Positions 19,095-28,676 of a stretch of DNA of 64,000 nucleotides are shown here, piece by piece. The position numbers were made by a program, and so were the translations under genes. The notes beneath the pieces were generated by a model. The model saw only the letters and a program-made list of their open reading frames with translations, searched no databases and was not told the DNA's origin. Every line of letters begins with the position of its first letter. The first letter of the stretch is position 1. Source of the stretch: Patescibacteria group bacterium (GTDB taxonomy: Bacteria; Patescibacteriota; Patescibacteriia; JBDRGY01); contig JBDRGY010000004.1 in the NCBI GenBank assembly GCA_043817315.1, positions 64,797-128,796 of the forward strand, in the 5' to 3' direction.

Positions 19095-19119
19095 TTATTA
19101 TCTATTTTTGTGCTATAAT
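19091..19119 (+). promoter_or_regulatory. Promoter of SDR-PaaK-ThiF-kinase operon
   Basis: TTGATT-N17-TATAAT with extended -10 TG. Confidence 0.6.
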
Positions 19120-19308
19120 AAAAGTGTCTTAAAAATATAAACAAAAGGGGGATCTTGCACTACTTGATGCAGGATAAAAACACAAACAAATGCCTTTTGT
19201 TTTTGTAACAATTGATTTAGATTTAATAATTAATTACGCTTCTGTTTGAGGTGTTTTTTTAATGATATTAATTATGAGTATTAGATATTAGTAAAATGAA
19301 ACAAAAAC

Positions 19309-20703
19309 ATGACTAATATGCTTCATTACAAAAGAATACTAGTGCTTGGCGGTAGTGGATTGGTTGGACGAAATATCATTGAGACTTTACTAGAGCAAAA
19401 AGTTTATCATCTTGGGGTAGTGGGACTGAAAGGTGAGTCAAACTGGAAAAATTTAGAAAAAATCGAGAAAGATAAAAAAATCAAAATCAATAAATATAGT
19501 GATGATTTATTAATGCCATCACAATTTGGACGATATTCTTTTAAAAAAAGAGAAACTCCAAAAAATATTGGCAATTTAGTTCGTCTACTCAAACAAGGAA
19601 TCCAAAAGAATGAGATCAGAAAAGAACCTTTATATAAAATCGTTCTTGATTTTCGCCCCGATTATATTATTGATAGCGTGAATACCGCCACGCACTGTGC
19701 CTACAACGAAATATCATCAAACATTGTAGAGGGTGTAGGGATTGGTTCTCTTTTACTGTTACGTTACTATCAAATTTTATACCACCTTTTACGTGATGAT
19801 TTTTGGAGAGAAGAAAAAAAGAAGATACGTATTTTAAAGTATATCAAGATAGGGACAACCGGCATCGGTGGGATGGGTTTAGACATCCCTTTTACTCATG
19901 GCGAAGAAAAACCATCTCTACCTTTATTAAAAAAGGTGGCAATGGCCGGTGCCCAGACAAACATTCTGCTTGCTATGCGTAACAGTCATGGAATCGCCAA
20001 TGTTCAGGAAATAATTCCCGCCACCTCTATTTTTCAGCTCTCTGGTTTTAATAATGATCATGGGGAGATAGACGGTGGTGAAAGTCAGGGCTATGCGCTT
20101 GAAGAATTTCGTTTATTAACCCAGCAAAGTCAGATGGGTCTCATTGATGTTAAAGAACTAGCTAAAATAATTGTAGACGCGTTGCAAAAAGAATATAATC
20201 GTCATGATGTTTTAGAAGCATTTAGGCGATCAGCTGTAACTAAATCAACTCTATCAGTCATGGTGCGCAATCGCGCACTTGAGACTTGGACGCAAGATCA
20301 AACCAAGCATGGAGCGTTAAGCGTGGCGCATGGCAATCTCGGACCGTGGCGGACACGGAAATTACTGTTTGAGCTTTTTATTCTACTAAATTGTTACCAT
20401 ACTAATAAAACTAACTTTTGGCGACTGTCAGCTCAAAAAATTCAAAAACACATCAAAACGGATCTTTCAAAAAATATTCCGTTACAAAAAGAAATAAAAC
20501 GATCAGGGTTACGCGTGTCAACTTCAGCTATGCGAGACCAAGTCGTTTCTGATAAACACATTGATTTGTCAACAATAAATATAACAAGATGGCGAAAGGC
20601 CTTGCAATCACTAGGGCTTAAGAATAAGCTTATATCTTTATACGCAGGTGATATATTGGCACAATTAATTGAACAACAACATGACCTTAACGCTATACCA
20701 TAA
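19309..20703 (+). CDS. Atypical NAD(P)-binding SDR-like oxidoreductase
   Basis: ILVLGGSGLVG Rossmann motif; conserved-looking KIGTTGIGGMGLDIPFTHGEEKPS block. Confidence 0.7.
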   Translation: MTNMLHYKRILVLGGSGLVGRNIIETLLEQKVYHLGVVGLKGESNWKNLEKIEKDKKIKINKYSDDLLMPSQFGRYSFKKRETPKNIGNLVRLLKQGIQKNEIRKEPLYKIVLDFRPDYIIDSVNTATHCAYNEISSNIVEGVGIGSLLLLRYYQILYHLLRDDFWREEKKKIRILKYIKIGTTGIGGMGLDIPFTHGEEKPSLPLLKKVAMAGAQTNILLAMRNSHGIANVQEIIPATSIFQLSGFNNDHGEIDGGESQGYALEEFRLLTQQSQMGLIDVKELAKIIVDALQKEYNRHDVLEAFRRSAVTKSTLSVMVRNRALETWTQDQTKHGALSVAHGNLGPWRTRKLLFELFILLNCYHTNKTNFWRLSAQKIQKHIKTDLSKNIPLQKEIKRSGLRVSTSAMRDQVVSDKHIDLSTINITRWRKALQSLGLKNKLISLYAGDILAQLIEQQHDLNAIP

Positions 20704-20726
20704 AGACTATTTTACCTTTGCGGGAT

Positions 20727-22301
20727 ATGTTAAGTTTTACATCTATGACTAGTGATAGGAATATATTAAATTTGATTTATAGAAACTCATATAAGGATTT
20801 TATAAATTATTATAGCCTATCTTCGGATAGTTTTTTTAATCTGTTTGCAAAAGAATCACCCGAAAGAATTGAAGATCAAGGACAAAAAATGGCATTGAAG
20901 CTATTTCGTAAAGCCTCAAAACAAATTCCCTCTTATGCCAAGTTTTTAAGAGAAAATGGTGTCAACCCAAAAAATATTAAATCAATAAGAGACTTTAAGT
21001 CTTTACCTATAATCACCAAAAAAAATTATCTCAAGAAATACAACCTTAAAGATCTCAGCTGGGACGGGCTTTTTCAAGATTTGCATTTAGTTTCGGTAAG
21101 CTCTGGTTCAACAGGCGAACCATTTTTTTGGCCAAGGGGCTTGGGTTTGGAATATGAAACCGAGTTGGAGTACGAAATCATTCTTAAAAACATATTTGAA
21201 GCTGATAAAAAAAAGACCCTATTTATAATTGGCTATGCTATGGGAATGTATGTAGCGGGCGTCTTTACACTGAATAGTGTAATGAATTTAGTTAAAAAAG
21301 GATATCCTTTAACTATTGCAACCCCTGGCTCTGATAAAGATTCCATTTTACGTATTATTAGAAATCTTGGAGGTCATTTTGACCAAACTGTCATTGCGGC
21401 CTACCCCCCTGTCCTTAAAGACGTAATTGATAAAGGAGTTAAAGAGAATATTGAATGGAGGAAATACCATTTAAAATTTATTTCTGGCGGAGAAGGGTTT
21501 AGTGAAGAATTCAGAAAATATATTTACGAAAGGATTAGCGCAAAAAATTACTATAGAAGTTTTGTCAATACATATGGCAGTGCTGATGCGGCAATCTTGG
21601 GTCATGAAACGCCTTTATCAATATACATCAGAAAACTCGCTTCGGAAAATGAAAGTTTACGTAGGACTTTATTTAAAGATAACAGACTCCCTTCACTACT
21701 TCAGTATTACCCCCCATTTAAATATTTTGAAGAAGTTGACGGGAGTTTAATTCTTACTACGTACGGAGGAATCCCACTAATCAGATATTCTATCGGAGAC
21801 ACTGGTGGAAAAATTCCTTTTATTAAAATGAGTAATATACTTAAAAGCGCCGGCGTTGATATTGAAAAAGAGATGACCAGGTATGGATGTATGAACACTA
21901 TTACAAAATTACCTTTTGTTTATTTGTTTGGCAGAGCGGACAATACAAAAATATTTTATGGGGCAAATATATATCCGGAACATATTAAGAATTGTCTCGA
22001 GCAAAAAGATATAATTCACCAAGTTACGGGTAAATATTTCACTGATATTCTGTTTGACAAAAATCACAATCAGACTTTTTATATAGCCATTGAATTAGCC
22101 CACGGCGTGAGTATAAGTAACCAGTTAAAAGAAAAAATAGTGAATGTCATACACTATAACCTATTGGCTATTAATGATGAGTATAAATATCTCGCCCAAA
22201 CTATCGGCAAACGTATTTACCCATCGGTTGAAATATTTTCCTATGGTGACCAAAAATATTTTTTACCGAAAATAAAGCCACGATATGTCAAAAAGAATTA
22301 G
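20727..22301 (+). CDS. Phenylacetate-CoA ligase (PaaK/CapK)-like adenylate-forming enzyme
   Basis: SSGSTGEP P-loop, YPP, GGEGF, YGSAD, PLIRY.IGD, GRAD; exact start uncertain (20718/20727/20745). Confidence 0.88.
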   Translation: MLSFTSMTSDRNILNLIYRNSYKDFINYYSLSSDSFFNLFAKESPERIEDQGQKMALKLFRKASKQIPSYAKFLRENGVNPKNIKSIRDFKSLPIITKKNYLKKYNLKDLSWDGLFQDLHLVSVSSGSTGEPFFWPRGLGLEYETELEYEIILKNIFEADKKKTLFIIGYAMGMYVAGVFTLNSVMNLVKKGYPLTIATPGSDKDSILRIIRNLGGHFDQTVIAAYPPVLKDVIDKGVKENIEWRKYHLKFISGGEGFSEEFRKYIYERISAKNYYRSFVNTYGSADAAILGHETPLSIYIRKLASENESLRRTLFKDNRLPSLLQYYPPFKYFEEVDGSLILTTYGGIPLIRYSIGDTGGKIPFIKMSNILKSAGVDIEKEMTRYGCMNTITKLPFVYLFGRADNTKIFYGANIYPEHIKNCLEQKDIIHQVTGKYFTDILFDKNHNQTFYIAIELAHGVSISNQLKEKIVNVIHYNLLAINDEYKYLAQTIGKRIYPSVEIFSYGDQKYFLPKIKPRYVKKN

Positions 22302-23448
22302 TACATATAAACCACTGATACTTAACCCGAAAAGCAAAGGGGGTCTCAGAAAGTTAGATAAGTTGCTTAAAACTGCAAATTTTGTAGTTGACGAAATTGA
22401 GGGCCAAATGACAGAACTTTTTCAAGTCCGTCATCCAAAAATTTTATTAAGCAAAATAACCAGATCCCAATTATTAGATTTTAAAAACTCATTTTATAAA
22501 GAGAGAGATAAAAAATTCTTTGGTTTTTGGGTATATTATCCTTGGAATAAACATCTCGTACATTTTTTGCACGAGGAACTACACACAGAAATCCGAACTT
22601 CTCGTAACAGAAATTTGATAACCAAAAATGAGCAAGATAAATTCTACAACGCGTCGATTGCTATAGCCGGTTTGAGCGTAGGCAATAGCTCGGTTGCCAC
22701 TCTGTTATACACAGGAGGGCCCAAGAATATGCGTTTGGCGGATCACGATCGTCTTGCTGCCTCGAATATTAATAGAATCAGAACCACTTTTACCAAAGTT
22801 GGCCAAAAGAAAACAGATATAGTAGCACAAGAAATTTATGAAGTCAATCCATACGCTAATTTAAAATTATATAGAAATGGGCTAAACATAAAGAACATTA
22901 GAGATTTTCTATTACAACCAAAACCAGTAGATGTTTTAATAGAAGAAATGGATAATCTCTTTCTAAAAATACAGATCAGACTTTTAGCCCGCAAGTATGG
23001 GATTCCTGTTATTATGGCGGCAGACAACGGAGATAATAATATATTAGATATTGAGAGGTTTGATCTGGAGCCTAACCAGCCCCTTTTGCACGGTGATGTC
23101 CCGGAAGAAGAATTATTAAAAATCACCCCAAATACATCAAAAGTCGACGCGGCAAGAATAATCTCTCGCTGGGTCCATCCCGAAAATGTTATGCCTAGAA
23201 TGCAAAGTTCCTTGTTAGAAATTGGAAACACGTTATTCACCTGGCCGCAACTTGGGAGCGCCGCTTTTCTTGCAGGATGCACCTTAGCGTATACGGCGAG
23301 GAAAATAATTTTGGGCGAGCCAATAAAGCATGGTAAATATGTTATTTCTTTGGATGATATTATAAATCCAGAGTATAAATCGGACAGTTTCCTGCGCAAA
23401 AGAGAGAATCAAACGGAAAAGTTTAAAAAAGCATTAAATTTGAACTAA
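22285..23448 (+). CDS. ThiF/E1-like adenylyltransferase of Rv1355c type (no C-terminal nitroreductase domain)
   Basis: WVYYPW...RTSRNRNLIT..EQ, GLSVG, LADHD.L..SN.NR, K, EEMD, D.ERFD.EP, TWPQL. Confidence 0.88.
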   Translation: MSKRISTYKPLILNPKSKGGLRKLDKLLKTANFVVDEIEGQMTELFQVRHPKILLSKITRSQLLDFKNSFYKERDKKFFGFWVYYPWNKHLVHFLHEELHTEIRTSRNRNLITKNEQDKFYNASIAIAGLSVGNSSVATLLYTGGPKNMRLADHDRLAASNINRIRTTFTKVGQKKTDIVAQEIYEVNPYANLKLYRNGLNIKNIRDFLLQPKPVDVLIEEMDNLFLKIQIRLLARKYGIPVIMAADNGDNNILDIERFDLEPNQPLLHGDVPEEELLKITPNTSKVDAARIISRWVHPENVMPRMQSSLLEIGNTLFTWPQLGSAAFLAGCTLAYTARKIILGEPIKHGKYVISLDDIINPEYKSDSFLRKRENQTEKFKKALNLN

Positions 23449-26255
23449 TGGATTTATATATTCTCATTATCATAGGCGTTGTAAATATCTTATTGGGGTT
23501 ACGTGTATTAATTAATAATTCCCGGTCGGCTACCAATAAACTCTTCTTTCTATTTATCTGTATTACCATTGCCTGGTCGACTGCAAATTATATCGCAACG
23601 TCTTATCTAAATGTACTAAACGTTGAGCAGTCAATTTTTTGGGTACGTTTGACCATGTTCTTTGCCGTACCACAAGCAGTGTCATTTTTCTTCTTAGTGC
23701 ATACTTTTCCCGAATCAAGGATGGTATTGAAGAAAAAATATTTCTTCGGCCTAATCTTTTTCGCCACCGTTACGATGATAGTTGCTCTTTCACCATTCTT
23801 ATTTGTATCTGTCGCTATCCAAGATGGCACTGCAACTCCAAATCCCGGTCCAGGCATGGCTCTTTTTCTTCCCGTCGCAGTGGGATCTGTTATCGCTGGG
23901 TTAATTAAACTAATCAAAAAATATATTAGAGCTTCGAGCTTAGAGAAAATTCAGTTACGGTATATTTTTCTTGGCCTATTTTTTATGTTCTTATTAATAC
24001 TCACATTCAATTTTGGCTTCGTTGTATTTTTAAAGGACATATCTTTTGTAACTTTCGCCCCTCTCTTTACTCTACCGTTTCTTGTCACAATTTTTTACGC
24101 CATCACGCGCCACCGCTTCCTAGACATCCGCGTCATCATTTCCCGTTCCATTATCTACTTCTTCCTAGTCCTAGCTGTCACCTTTGCTTTCTCCGGCACT
24201 ATCTTTGTTTTCGGCGCTTACTTTCAAGGAGTCCTGGGCGGAAATGCTATTCTGACCTCTCTGGCTGTCTCTCTCATCATTGTCCTAGGATTAGAACCAC
24301 TAAAAAGATTTCTGGGCAAAGTGACTGATAGAATTTTCTTTAAGAGTGCAGTGGATTACGGTGTAGTTCTAAAGAAATTGTCGGAAATTTCTTCGCGGGA
24401 AATCGATATCTACAAATTAGTCCGTTCGACTAACAAGAACCTTAATGAATTGCTGAAAATCAGCAGGTCATTGATTATTTTGGAAAACAAGAGTGGTCAT
24501 TTCGAAGCTAAGGAAAAAGTGTATCTGGATGAATATATTATTTTGAAGAAAAACGGGCCCTTGATTTCCTATATCAAGAAAGATAAATCCTTGATTATTC
24601 TGGAAGAATTGGATCGGGAAATATCGGACATGGCTGACGAGAGGAAAAGAGCAGTTCTGGAGAAAGTCAGAGAAGAGATGGAAAAATATCAAATTGACGC
24701 TTGCGTACCCATTACCGCCCAGGACAAGATGAACGCCATTTTGATCTTGGGCCGTAAGCTGTCCGGTGATACTTATTCCAGTGAAGACATTAAATTGCTC
24801 GATGTCTTATCACCGCAAGTCGGATCCGCTATTGAAAAAGCCAAATTGTACGACGAGGTCAAGAGCTTCGGCTTGCGGATGAGAGAAGAAGTGAAGAAAG
24901 CAACCGGGGATTTGCGCCAGGCCAATATCGCTTTGCAGGAGAGAAACCGGTTCTTGACCGCTTTGCAGAAAATCTCCAACATGGTTTCCCATACCTTGGA
25001 TTTTGATAAAGTAACCCAAAACATCGTTGATGCCATTGCCAAAGAAGTTGGTTTTATTGGCGGACTGCTGCTGATGATCGATAAAGAAAATGATCGGATC
25101 TACCCCCAAGCTCTGACCCAGTCTTCCTTGACCAAACAGGTCTTAAAGATTATACCAAAGCCTTTTAGAGAGTATTATTCCAAGTTTTCGACTGATAAAA
25201 CAATAGATGCCATGGCTGCCAAAACCGGCCGCATCAAAATCGGCAGTGGTTTTGAGCAGTTTATCTCACCACCCCTTCCCAAACCGGTTTGTTATGCAGT
25301 CAATAAGATGTTAAAAGTTAAAAGTATCGTGGCTGTGCCCATTTTCTCAGAGAATGAGGTGATTGGAATCATTGATTTCGTTTTAGCCAAGGAAGAGGGT
25401 GAAATTTCCCAACAAGAAATCGAAATGATGAAAGCGATTGCTGACCAAACAGGTATCGTAGCCAGTAACTTGCGTTTGTTTGAACAGATACAGAAAGCCA
25501 ATAACGAATTAGAGAAAGTCAATAAACACTTATTGCAGCTGGATAAAGCCAAGTCCGAGTTTATTTCCATTGCTTCCCATCAGTTAAGAACTCCCATGAC
25601 CGGGATTATGGGCTATCTGTCCATGTTAACTTCTGGCGATTTTGGCAAGATTGATCCCAAGATCAGTGGAATTCTGGCTGATTTATTAAAAGCCTCAAAG
25701 CGAATGATCCGTTTGATCAACCTTTTCTTGAATGTTTCCAGGATTGAGGCTGGTCGTTTTACCCTAGACCTGGCCAAAATCGATATGGTAAACTTGATTG
25801 ACACCGAGATTAAAGAAGTTATCAACATTGCCAAAGAAAAAGGATTGAAGCTGATTTTCAAAAAACCGGTTAAACAAATACCACCCGTAATGGCTGATGA
25901 ATCTAAGGTAGCTGATATAATCTTGAACTTAGTCGATAACGCAATCAAGTATACCCCCAAAGGTAACATCACAGTGACCATTGATCGTTATTATGATGAT
26001 AAAGTGATAGTCAGGGTCAAAGATACCGGCATGGGTATTGATACCGATGAGGCCCATAAGCTGTTTGGTAAGTTTGCCCGCGGGGAGGGGATGGCCAGAG
26101 TCAATCCTGACGGATCGGGCCTGGGCTTGTTTATTGCCAAGCGTGTAGTAGAAGCTCATGACGGAAATATCTGGGCCGAATCAGAGGGCCAGGATAAAGG
26201 ATCAACTTTTCAATTTATTTTACCAATCGATGGACCCAAAAATAAAAAGTTCTAA
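23448..26255 (+). CDS. Sensor histidine kinase 7TM-GAF-GAF-HisKA-HATPase
   Basis: 7TM N-terminus; ASHQLRTP H-box; NLVDNAIKY, DTGMG, GSGLGL, GSTF. Confidence 0.95.
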   Translation: MDLYILIIIGVVNILLGLRVLINNSRSATNKLFFLFICITIAWSTANYIATSYLNVLNVEQSIFWVRLTMFFAVPQAVSFFFLVHTFPESRMVLKKKYFFGLIFFATVTMIVALSPFLFVSVAIQDGTATPNPGPGMALFLPVAVGSVIAGLIKLIKKYIRASSLEKIQLRYIFLGLFFMFLLILTFNFGFVVFLKDISFVTFAPLFTLPFLVTIFYAITRHRFLDIRVIISRSIIYFFLVLAVTFAFSGTIFVFGAYFQGVLGGNAILTSLAVSLIIVLGLEPLKRFLGKVTDRIFFKSAVDYGVVLKKLSEISSREIDIYKLVRSTNKNLNELLKISRSLIILENKSGHFEAKEKVYLDEYIILKKNGPLISYIKKDKSLIILEELDREISDMADERKRAVLEKVREEMEKYQIDACVPITAQDKMNAILILGRKLSGDTYSSEDIKLLDVLSPQVGSAIEKAKLYDEVKSFGLRMREEVKKATGDLRQANIALQERNRFLTALQKISNMVSHTLDFDKVTQNIVDAIAKEVGFIGGLLLMIDKENDRIYPQALTQSSLTKQVLKIIPKPFREYYSKFSTDKTIDAMAAKTGRIKIGSGFEQFISPPLPKPVCYAVNKMLKVKSIVAVPIFSENEVIGIIDFVLAKEEGEISQQEIEMMKAIADQTGIVASNLRLFEQIQKANNELEKVNKHLLQLDKAKSEFISIASHQLRTPMTGIMGYLSMLTSGDFGKIDPKISGILADLLKASKRMIRLINLFLNVSRIEAGRFTLDLAKIDMVNLIDTEIKEVINIAKEKGLKLIFKKPVKQIPPVMADESKVADIILNLVDNAIKYTPKGNITVTIDRYYDDKVIVRVKDTGMGIDTDEAHKLFGKFARGEGMARVNPDGSGLGLFIAKRVVEAHDGNIWAESEGQDKGSTFQFILPIDGPKNKKF

Positions 26256-26655
26256 AAAGAGATCAATTTTAATCGTGGAAGATGAACAGATTATTGCTGA
26301 CATGTATGTCAGGGTGTTTGAGATGAGGCCCTTCAAAGCTTTTGTGGCTAGAAATTATGAAGAAGGCTTGGCACTGTTTGAGAAGGTTTTTCCGTCGTTT
26401 GTCTTGTTGGATTTGTTATTACCACAGCAAGGTGCGATTGAAGCCGATTATGCAGGTGAACCAGTGGGACTTACTTTGCTTCGGAAGATCAGACAGCACC
26501 CCGAAGGGCAGGACACTACAGTTATTGTACTTACCAATTTGGCCCAAGATCTTCACAAAAAGCAGGCGATGAATCTGGGAGCAGATCTGTATTTGGTTAA
26601 AGCAGAAATTGAGCCTGTGCAGTTAGTAAAGAGAGTTGACTCTTTGGCCAGATAG
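26230..26655 (+). CDS. Single-domain response regulator (receiver only)
   Basis: ILIVEDE, LLDLLLP, VLTN, GA..YLVK; overlaps kinase stop. Confidence 0.9.
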   Translation: MDPKIKSSKKRSILIVEDEQIIADMYVRVFEMRPFKAFVARNYEEGLALFEKVFPSFVLLDLLLPQQGAIEADYAGEPVGLTLLRKIRQHPEGQDTTVIVLTNLAQDLHKKQAMNLGADLYLVKAEIEPVQLVKRVDSLAR

Positions 26656-26664
26656 TGCGATAAT
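26636..26664 (+). promoter_or_regulatory. Promoter giving a likely leaderless transcript for the hydrogenase operon
   Basis: TTGACT-N17-GATAAT ending 6 nt before ATG 26671. Confidence 0.5.
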
Positions 26665-26670
26665 TAGTGC

Positions 26671-27657
26671 ATGACACGGGGGAAATTCTACGAATTTTTA
26701 AATAAACTTAGGAAGGATTTTTTGTTAATCGGCCCCAAAAAAGAAAGGGGCGATTTATTTTTTTCCAAGTTGAATACAGCAAAAGAATTTGCCTTAACCG
26801 ACGAATTTCCTTTTTATCCGCCCAAAAAGTATTTAGTACCTCAAGCTGAGGTGCTTTTTGAGTTCCAGGGACATAAGTTGAAAGAAGTGCTGCCGGTAGT
26901 TAAAAATCAGATCCTGCTGGGGATTAACCTGACTGATTTAAAGGCAGTGATGCTATACGACCAGGTATTTGAAAAAGACCCCTATTATCAAAAAAGGCAG
27001 CAGGAAACAGTTATTACCGGGCAAACAGTCTTACCGGTAGAAAAAGGAACAGCCAATATCTTTGGTGAAAAACTGGAGGAGGATGTCTTGGAACATCTAA
27101 AGTTTGATATCCTTTTCGGAAAGCATAAAGATAAAATTAAATTCTTCACCGGTTCAGAGCAAGGACAGAATATCCTGGATAAATACAAAGTAAAGGATTA
27201 CCAGCACGTAAATTTCCAGGGACCGATTCCGGAACAGGGAGTAGCCGCCAAGGCGATAGCTGATTATAAAAAAGTGAAAAATTCGGCTGCGGCCAATGTC
27301 TGGGAAGAGTTGGGTAAAAAATGTATTGCCTGCGGCAAGTGCACCACGGTCTGTCCTACTTGCTTTTGTTTCCAAATCCTTGATAAGCCTTGTACTCAAC
27401 CCAACACTGGATTACGCTGCCGGGAATGGGATTCCTGTTTTTACAATAATTTTTCCAGGATAGCAGATGATCAAAAATTCCTGAAGTCAGTCAATGAGAG
27501 AATCTATTTTTGGTACCAACATAAATTTGTACGTATTCCTGAAGACTATCAATTTACCGTGCCAGGTTGTATCGGTTGTGGTCGTTGTATTAAAGTCTGC
27601 CCAGTGGGCATTGATATAAAAAAAGTGTTAGACAGTCTGAAACGATATGAAAAATAA
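26671..27657 (+). CDS. Group 3b-type (sulf)hydrogenase beta subunit, 4Fe-4S dicluster (AsrA/HydB-like)
   Basis: CIACGKCTTVCPTCFCF, R.WDSC, CIGCGRCIKVCPVGIDI. Confidence 0.9.
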   Translation: MTRGKFYEFLNKLRKDFLLIGPKKERGDLFFSKLNTAKEFALTDEFPFYPPKKYLVPQAEVLFEFQGHKLKEVLPVVKNQILLGINLTDLKAVMLYDQVFEKDPYYQKRQQETVITGQTVLPVEKGTANIFGEKLEEDVLEHLKFDILFGKHKDKIKFFTGSEQGQNILDKYKVKDYQHVNFQGPIPEQGVAAKAIADYKKVKNSAAANVWEELGKKCIACGKCTTVCPTCFCFQILDKPCTQPNTGLRCREWDSCFYNNFSRIADDQKFLKSVNERIYFWYQHKFVRIPEDYQFTVPGCIGCGRCIKVCPVGIDIKKVLDSLKRYEK

Positions 27658-28474
27658 TTACCAAACTAAAGAAGCCAAAATAGTGGATATCAAACCAGAA
27701 GCACCTGGTCTTAACATGTACACTTTACAGTTAATATCGGCGGCCGAACGCAATTCATTCCGCTTTGACCACGGTCAGTTTATGGAATTCAGCTTGCCGG
27801 GTTATGGCGAATCACCGTTTGATGTTTGTTCTACCCAGGAAATTATTAAAAAGAAACTGATCCAAGTTTGCGTTCGTAAGGTAGGTAGAGTTACTGAAAG
27901 GATTCACCAGCTAAAAAAAGGCGATTTAGTGGGGATACGCGGACCATACGGTTACGGTTGGCCTACTATTTCCCAATTGAAAAAGAAAAATGTCTTGGTG
28001 ATTGGCGGTGGCATCGGTTTGATCCCCATGCGCTCAATTGTCGAAGAATTATGCGGACAGCCCGACTGGAAAAAGAAACTGACAGTTTTTTATGGGGCGC
28101 GTAACACCAAGGAATTTATTTTTAAGGACAGGTATAAGTATTGGAAACAGCACTCTGACTTAAGAATCACCATTGATTGCCAAGAAAAAGCCTGGGCCGG
28201 CTGTACCGGAGTAATCACAGTTTTGTTCGACCAATGCGAAGTTAATGAAGATACCTATGCCTTAGTTTGCGGACCGCCTATCATGTTTAAGTTCGTTTTA
28301 GCCAAATTGAAAAAGGCTCGCCTCCCCGAAAAAAACATTTTTCTTTCTCTGGAACGCCGCATGGATTGCGGAGTCGGTATTTGCCAGCACTGTGCTATTG
28401 GTCCCTATTATGTCTGTAAAGACGGACCGGTGTTTCGCTACGACAAAATTAAGAACATAGGAGGAGCTATTTAA
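27647..28474 (+). CDS. Group 3b-type hydrogenase gamma subunit, FAD/NAD(P)-binding (AsrB/HydG-like)
   Basis: GQF, RGPYG, GGGIGL.P, CGPPIM, ERRMDCGVGICQHC...VCKDGPVF. Confidence 0.9.
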   Translation: MKNNYQTKEAKIVDIKPEAPGLNMYTLQLISAAERNSFRFDHGQFMEFSLPGYGESPFDVCSTQEIIKKKLIQVCVRKVGRVTERIHQLKKGDLVGIRGPYGYGWPTISQLKKKNVLVIGGGIGLIPMRSIVEELCGQPDWKKKLTVFYGARNTKEFIFKDRYKYWKQHSDLRITIDCQEKAWAGCTGVITVLFDQCEVNEDTYALVCGPPIMFKFVLAKLKKARLPEKNIFLSLERRMDCGVGICQHCAIGPYYVCKDGPVFRYDKIKNIGGAI

Positions 28475-28475
28475 A

Positions 28476-28676
28476 ATGTGTTTAGTCATACCCTCACAAG
28501 TAAAAAAAATAAATGAGAAACTAGCGGTTGTTGATCACCAGGGCCAGGAGAAAACGGTTCAGGCCGATTTGGTTAAAGTAAAAGTAGGGGATTGGGTATT
28601 TACCCAGGCCGGGTTTATCGTTAAAAAATTATCAAAATCAGAAGCATTAAAAACATTGGAGTATTATGAAAAATAA
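28476..28676 (+). CDS. hypC: Hydrogenase maturation chaperone HypC/HupF
   Basis: MCLVIP start, VKVGDWV. Confidence 0.88.
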   Translation: MCLVIPSQVKKINEKLAVVDHQGQEKTVQADLVKVKVGDWVFTQAGFIVKKLSKSEALKTLEYYEK

